Origin: Eledone cirrhosa
Lineage: Eukaryota
Assembly (NCBI GenBank): GCA_964016885.1
Contig: OZ024740.1
Span: forward strand, 403,186,001 to 403,250,000
Length of the DNA stretch: 64,000 bases
Direction: 5' to 3'
Shown here: piece after piece, positions 56,181 to 64,000 of the stretch
Layout: each line of letters starts with the position of its first letter
How positions within the stretch are numbered: the first letter of the stretch is position 1
Made by a program: the position numbers and the translations under genes
The notes under the pieces: model-generated
Database searches by the model: none
Told to the model about the DNA's origin: nothing
The model's input: only the letters and a program-made list of their open reading frames with translations

Positions 56181-56392
56181 TATTTACTAAGTGGCAAGAG
56201 AGTTCTATATCAGTTTATGGATTTCCACCACTAAGCTTCCTCGTAAATTGAAAGAAGGATAAACACCTTTAATCGATTTTTGGATCTAATTGGACTTTCA
56301 TCAGTATGTATATCATCCAATCAAACACAATGAAACATGTATTTGATGAGTATATATACCTATTCACCAGTATTATTCTGAAACTAACGTAC

Positions 56393-56464
<72 letters not shown>

Positions 56465-56621
56465 GTGTGTGTGTATGTGTGTGTATGTGTATGTGTGTTT
56501 GTGTGTGTGTGTGTGTGTAAATGGCTACTGCAATAGAAATGTTTTTCTCAAAGAATTGTTTTCGTTTCTGCCACTGCCAACTCACCTCTATCTTTCTATT
56601 TCTTCGTTAATTTCTCATTTT

Positions 56622-56659
56622 ATTTTCTGATGAAGGACTGGCGTCCGAAACGTTAAGAT
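56622..56659 (+). ncRNA. Minimal type I hammerhead
   Basis: ATTTT-CTGATGA-a-GGACtggcGTCC-GAAA-CG-TT-AAGAT. Confidence 0.82.
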
Positions 56660-57889
56660 TTCTTTTCCTACTATGTCAAGCGTAAAATTAATATATTTCT
56701 GCATTGTACTGACCTCTTTGAAGAGGAGCAACACCAACTCTTTGAAAGTGAAAGATATCGTTACTCATCGTTCCTCCATTTGATGGTCTCCATTTCGAGG
56801 AGAATGGATACATTGTCGTGATCTAGCCACTACATGAAGTGAGAAGAAAGGCACACGTGGCCTTTGCATCCAAACATGGAGGGTAAGGCCATGTTATGTC
56901 TGTAACGAAAGCTGTACAACAATGATCGTGATGTTACAAAGATCCACAAATGTAATAGATGTTATCCATCACTGAATTTGATGGAGAACAATAAATATGT
57001 ATGAATATAAGTCTGTGTGAGGGAAGAGATATTTCTGACTTTATCCTGTTGTAAAACCGTGTCAAATTGTGTCTCTTTATATCAAAAGGTAACACTTGCA
57101 TATTTTTGACGATCGATATGATAAAATACCAGACTGAAATCAGTATTGGCTTCGATATTTTCGACAAATGTACCTACATGACGTTGCTGTAGTATGGCCG
57201 CAGTCAAATCTGTGAAAACAATAAAATCATAAAAGAATACCAATCCCAGATAACCTCAATCTTCACCACCAAATCGATTACAAAGGAAATTGAACAACAA
57301 TAAGACACACGTACAACTTTTACAAACAGCAACACATGTTTCCCCATGACTTCAACTAGGTAAACCACAGCTACGACCACTGTTACCAATAAAACTAATC
57401 ACTACAACAATAAGAAGTATAATGACATGAGAAGTTAAATATGCGTTCATAAACTCCACACTTCATAGAAAGTTTTATTACCACGAAATCCAAATGAAAG
57501 ACAGATGTTCGGAAAATTGTAAGGTGTGTTTTCTGTGCATAACACATGAATTCGTAAATAAATTTTACTCTTTAACCCCAGAATTCCCACCGCATTTATA
57601 TCACATTAATTTATTTTATACTCAATCAACTCGAATCAAATACACAGCAAACAATACACATCCTACGGTTTTTGCCTCACTCTCCTGCGAAACAGAAATG
57701 GGCGTGTGTATTTGTATATTAATATATAGTGGCCAGTAAGTGGGTTGCTTAAATTAATTCTTGTATACCTCCTTTTATAAAGAATTTTACTGCACCAAAT
57801 AACCCCACTGAGAAATGTCCTAACTCCGTTGTTACATCTCTCTATCTGTCAGTGAGTCTACCTATACATCTGTTTCTGTGTACAGCATA

Positions 57890-58035
<146 letters not shown>

Positions 58036-58389
58036 GTGTGTGTGTGTGTGTGTGCGTGTGTGTGTGTGTCTGTACATGTGTATGCGTGCATGTGTACATA
58101 TATATATACTATATATATATATATTAATTCAAAATATTAACAAAATAGATATTCTTGTGATCAAGTATATTTTATTATACATATTTAAGAGGTACTGAGT
58201 TAACTTCAACAGTACGTCCTCATCAGATAAAATAAGATGATGCATGACATACCCTGACATAGTAGATGGTTAAGATTCAGTCATGGTAGGTTAATATTAA
58301 TAACTCTGGAAAACCATTTGTTGAGTGCTTCCAATCTATTGTAAAACTCATTTTTTGATTTATTCATTGAACCTTGTTTAACTTTTAAA

Positions 58390-58425
<36 letters not shown>

Positions 58426-58525
58426 GGAAAAATGAAACGAAATTTAATTTCCCACTCTTAGTACGGCTGTTACTTAAATATAAGTATGTATACGTACATA
58501 CATATATGTATACAGACGTACAGTA

Positions 58526-58562
<37 letters not shown>

Positions 58563-58701
58563 CATGCACACATATATATCTGTACATATAGATTCACCTA
58601 ACATTTATTATAATGCTCGGTGTGTTTGTAAACAAACATCCCGTATTAAGCCGTAGTGTCTAGCAACCATCGTTGCTCGTTTGTTCAACACTGACAAAGG
58701 A

Positions 58702-58744
58702 ACGCTGTACTAGTTTCAAGCTTATTAGCTATCGTCAGCAACGT
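58702..58744 (-). ncRNA. Minimal type I hammerhead
   Basis: Minus strand: ACGTTG-CTGACGA-tAGCTaataAGCTt-GAAA-CTAG-TA-CAGCGT; element 58422-58800 homologous to 5528-5895. Confidence 0.9.
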
Positions 58745-59305
58745 ATACCTTCCTGCCAGATGATTGAACGTCTAAAAGTATATACTTTCCTTATGCATAA
58801 GACTTTCTAGTCCAGAAATAGCCGTCGAAACGGCTTGAGCTCTGCCGTCGGGGTCATACTTTTTCCTATATATATGTATATAGGGGGTGCGCACGTGTGT
58901 ATGTGTGCGTGTATGTGTCGGTGTGCTTTAGAGAGAGGGAGAGTTAAAGTTTGAGCAATTTGTAAAGTTAATGTTTTTAATTTGCTATCTTGAGTTCAAA
59001 TCTGCTAGAAGTATTTCTGAGCCTGTCTCAATCAATATAGCATGAATCATCAGTTTAAGGTGGATGTATCTATAATTGTTAGTTAATAAGTATTGTGGGA
59101 AAGGTCATGGATGCCGATGATCACAAAAGGGATATGAGGAAAGTGCGTGGGATAAATAAGTGTTTATATATGCATACATATATCAATATACATAACATGC
59201 ATGCATACATGTGTGTGTACATACATTTATGTACATATATATATATATATATATATACGTGTGTGTGTGTGTATGTATATATATGTATATATATATCTAT
59301 GTGTG

Positions 59306-59345
<40 letters not shown>

Positions 59346-59350
59346 CACAC

Positions 59351-59400
<50 letters not shown>

Positions 59401-59975
59401 TTAACACGGTTCGACTTTTGTATACATATGTATAGTTCAGAGGTGGCATATGGTTCTTACGAAATTATAACATCAGGTAGTATTTTACAAAGTTGGTGAT
59501 ATGAAGCCCAGAATTCGGTCATCATATAAATACTTCGTTGAATACTAATCTACGTAATCTCAGATCGTAGCTAGGTAAAACTAACGTAGATTACTTTAGA
59601 CAGATCACATCATACTTCCTTGATTGCTGTGATTGTCAGTGCTGTGATAAAATACAGCATTGACAATCAATTAACATTGAAATTAAAACAACTATGTATA
59701 TAAAGAGACCACCCACTTCGAATGACCATGGGATTTGCACCTCCAAGACATAAGTCCAGGCAAAGTAGTTTGTGGAAGACCAGCAGTCATCAATGCATAC
59801 CAGTCTGCCCTCTCCACGCCACCGATGTTCTATTTATACGGCTGTGTTACTTGAAATAAATGGACCAACTTGAAATAAAGTGTCTTGCTCAAGAACAACA
59901 CAACACAAAATCCGGTCCGTGAATCGAACTCACATCCCGATCATAACCCCGACGCTCTAACCACTAAGACATGCG

Positions 59976-60029
<54 letters not shown>

Positions 60030-60098
60030 TCTTCTTCTTCTTCTTCTTCTTCTTCTTCTTCTTCTTCTTCTTCTTCTTCTTCTTCTTCTTCTTCTTCT

Positions 60099-60133
<35 letters not shown>

Positions 60134-60361
60134 TTTTTTTTCCCCCCCGTTAGACCTGTGCGAAATTCTTTCCTTGCTCACATTTCAACCAGGTTTGATG
60201 GTCTTTTGTCTCTTGTTCACGATTTCACCGAGTTTATATTCATAGAGATCTGGGACTTGTCTATTTCTTCTCACTTTCCGTTGCTTAAACCTTTTTTGTT
60301 TGTTACCCTGGCGTCCCCTTTGTTTACGTGTCCCAACGACTTTTTTTAACCGTTGTTCGCA

Positions 60362-60426
60362 CCAACCTGAGGCATATGGCCCTTAAAGCGATGAAATGCC
60401 TGGGACGGTTGGAGGGTCACTGATGC
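60362..60426 (+). ncRNA. Non-circularly permuted hammerhead-like motif, diverged subfamily
   Basis: CCAACC-tga-GGCA-TA-TGGCCCT-taaagcgat-GAAA-TGCC-tgggac-GGTTGG-AGGGTCA-CTGATGC; compensatory changes relative to 17763; A9>C. Confidence 0.7.
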
Positions 60427-60479
60427 AGGACTTACTTTTTCATATGCCCCACCATTTGCAACGCGCAGCCATCATTATT

Positions 60480-60540
<61 letters not shown>

Positions 60541-61131
60541 TTGTTTGTTTGGGTGTTGTTGGGTGTTGTAGAAATTAGAAGACCAAAGCTAAACAGAAAG
60601 AATGAATGGAATAACAACAACACCCAAACAAACAACACTGACCTAAGAGAAGTATAAATAAGTAAATAAAATAAGATAAATAAATAAATAAATACACAAG
60701 CACAATAACAACAAGCACATAAACATACACTAGTCACCCATCACACAACAAACATAACACTATACACACACGCAAACGCATGCGCAAAGAAAACAAAATA
60801 AAATAAACAAACAAGCAAATAAATAAGTAAATATATAGACAGACTGAATAAAAATGGCGTAGACATACAACACAACAGGAGGAAAATATAACACCACTGA
60901 CGATGTTGCAGATGTGCAACGAAAGATTTATGATAAACTATATATATGTGTTTGTGTCTATATTGTATCTGTATTATTTTTTGACCGTCGGTCAGTCAAT
61001 GGCAACGTTGAGGACCGAGTAAGTTAGATTACCGATATAAAAGACAGCGAGAGGCGAAAACCAACCAAACAGTGAGTGTGTTCTGTTATTAATTCTGGCA
61101 ATATTACACAAGTATGACCCTCCCCAAGTAT

Positions 61132-61207
<76 letters not shown>

Positions 61208-61211
<4 letters not shown>

Positions 61212-62036
61212 GGAAATTAGTAAAATCGAATATCAGGCGGTTTGCAAGTAAATTCGGCCTTCTTATATGAAATGATGAGTTAGCAAAGCACTCGATAAGT
61301 TAGGGCCTTAGAGTAATAACAGACGTTTAAATAGCTTGACAAATCGAACATTGTGGTAGGCGAATCTAACACACAATATATACCAAAGTAACTATAGAAC
61401 TAATCAGGTTGAGTAAAATACACCTGGACAAATCAAACGATCAATCGTTTAAAGTGTTTCTTTGAATCTGAAATCAAATATCAGACTTACGTGGCTGGCA
61501 ACCTCGTGGTATTCATGATCGAACGGAGGATTCAGTTTTTCAACAGGCTTTTCGTTCTACCTAGCACCGAAGTGATAAGCTAAATGTTGCTGCTATATAT
61601 GCGGCGTATCGTATCTATAGCTGTCACGTGTTAATTCCGGCAAGGGAAATAACCTCCGATTTTTGGCGGGTCATTCAAAATGTTAGACAAAGGAAATATT
61701 TTAATTTCCGCTAATCATCATGATAAGCTGTCAACTAGATTTTATAAAACAAACACAAATAATTAACCAATCAACAGAATTGTCTAATTAAATTAATTAG
61801 TTAATTATTAAATCTAGGAGAATAATATAATTGGAAATTAGTAAAATCGAATCTCTGGCGGTTTGCAAGTAAATTCGGCCTACTTATATGAAATGATGAG
61901 TTAGCAAAGCACTCGATAAGTTATGGCCTTAGAGTAATAACATACGTTTATATAGCTTGAGAAATCGAACATTGTGGTAGGCGAATCTAACACACAATAA
62001 TATACCAAAGTAACGATAGAACTAATCAGGTTGAGA
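61208..62036. repeat. (TA)n-flanked element with ~205-bp direct terminal repeats
   Basis: 61208-61413 approximates 61829-62035. Confidence 0.85.
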
Positions 62037-62177
62037 AAAAAAATATATATATATATATATCAGGTTGAGAAAAATAAAATATATATATATATATCAGGTT
62101 GAGAAAAAAAAAATATATATATATATGCAGATTCCGGCGGTTATATATATATATATATATATATACTTAAATATATA

Positions 62178-62250
<73 letters not shown>

Positions 62251-62257
<7 letters not shown>

Positions 62258-62321
62258 CATTAGAACAGGAAACAAGGAAATAGAAACTAAGAACTAGAGC
62301 TATAAATTTTACTTAGATTCA

Positions 62322-62378
<57 letters not shown>

Positions 62379-62452
62379 CTGAATCTAAGTAAAATTTATA
62401 CCTCTATTTCTTAGTTTCTATTTCCTTGTTTCCTGTTCTAATGCATTCTATA
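62251..62452. repeat. ~75-bp inverted repeat centred on a (TA)n tract
   Basis: 62251-62326 versus 62375-62452. Confidence 0.85.
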
Positions 62453-63154
62453 TATTTAAGTATCATATTTGCGTTCTTACATATGTCTGTCTCTTGTGTT
62501 GTAATTTGTGTCTGTGCATAAATTTTTGCAGCTTTCTTTTATACAACGTGTCGGTTATTTTCTGTTCATTTAATACAACTAAATAGATTTCATCAACTTG
62601 TATACAGCTTCACATACTCTCTGTATATATATTTTTATTATTTTACTTTTTATTTTATTTATAGTTGCCAGTAAAGAAATAATTATTTTACTTCCATTTA
62701 CTAGCTCCACTTTTTAGACTGCGGCCATGCTGGCTTCCTGCCTTAAAAGAATTTAGATGATCATGTCAAACCCAGTACTTATTTATTCCAAGACTACTTC
62801 TTACATTTCGACCTTTATTTTGTGGAATCACTAACTTATGAGATATAGAGACAAACAGTGAGAAGGGGAGAGGGAGAGAGAGAGGGAGAGAGAGAGAGAG
62901 AGGCGGAGAGAGAGGGGGAGAGGCTTCTACGCCTTTAACATTGTAACGATCTAAATTCCTCATTATATATGTAGTCTTGAGTGTGTGATCAGCCAACTTT
63001 GGACATGCATTGCCACCGAAACCACATGGGAAGGGCCTAAAAAAGGTGACCTAGACAAAGCCTGTTCAGTTATCAAACTTCCCAGCAGCCTGCAGTTGGA
63101 GGTGGTTCATAATAGCAGGGCAAAAACCAAGAGATACTACAAAAAAAGTACAGA

Positions 63155-63910
63155 TTGAATGTCGTTACTTGGAATATAAGGACACTTCTTGACCGCAAGG
63201 GCTCCAGTAATCCTGAACGACGAACTGGTTTGATAGCAAAAGAAATGTCTCGGTATAGTATTGACATAGCTGCACTCTCTGAAACACGGCTGGGTGGTGA
63301 AGATCAGTTGACAGAATCCGGGGTGGGTTACACATTTTTCTTGAAGTGCAAGCTCGAGGGAGGAAAATATGAGTGATGTGTAGACTTTGCCATAAGAGCT
63401 GAGCTAGCCAGCCATCTGGGCTAACCCTATGGTGTTAGTGATAGAATCGTAGTCCTCCGAGTTTCCTTACTACACAGCCGTTCTTTGGCTATATTTTCCG
63501 TTCATATTCCGACTCTCTTCAATAACGAAGAATCCATAATGGCATTTTATCAAGATATTCGATCTGTCATTGTCAAAGTTCCAAAAGCAGGCAAGATCCT
63601 TCTCCTTTGTGACTTTAACGCCAGGTTTGGTAGGGATTTCGAGAATTGGGAAGCATTGGGGAAGTAAGACCTTGGAAACATGAAGACAATGGATTGTACC
63701 TTCTTCAGCTCTGCACTGAATTTGAACTCGCCATTTGCAACTTCTTTTTCCACAGGAAGGACGCTCATAAGGCTACTTGGATTCACTCAAGATCAAGATC
63801 CAAATATAGGTATATTCTTGACTATGTCATCTGTTGTAAACGAGACTTTCAGAATACCTGCATGGTTTGGGACGTGGATGGTGCTAAGTGTGGGACAGAC
63901 CATAGTCTAG
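63155..63910 (+). pseudogene. Decayed APE endonuclease of an RTE/BovB-type LINE
   Basis: TWNIRTLLD..PERRTGLIAKEMSRYSIDIAALSETR..GYTFF; CDFNAR; DH remnant; stops and frameshifts. Confidence 0.88.
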
Positions 63911-64000
63911 TACATGACAAAATGGAATTCCACATCAAACATAAAATAATATCTAATGGGTCAAGGCTTCCTGGGCGTGAAGAGGGTTCGAGATTGCAGA

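Overview
AT-rich animal genomic DNA with no confidently identifiable host protein-coding gene. The SINE types and microsatellite load suggest an octopus or other cephalopod, but this is inference. Most long ORFs are microsatellite artefacts or transposon remnants. Identifiable elements: two near-full-length, decayed L1/Tx1-clade LINEs, both in (TATC)n tracts; a DD37D (maT) Tc1/mariner element; two Penelope-like (PLE) GIY-YIG remnants; RTE and CRE LINE fragments; two non-autonomous Helitrons; and many tRNA-derived SINE copies. The dominant hidden signal is non-coding. More than 20 hammerhead ribozyme (HHR) motifs, from over a dozen unrelated short element families, lie mostly between (TA)n tracts, often in tandem or inverted arrangement. 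One family has four copies that keep the HHR core and covarying stems I and III but in a strand order that is not a circular permutation, implying a pseudoknotted topology. A near-identical 311-bp HHR array flips orientation mid-way. Both Tx1 elements carry positionally conserved splice signals that would remove ORF1 and give an ORF2-only mRNA. All RNA folds were derived by eye, not computed.
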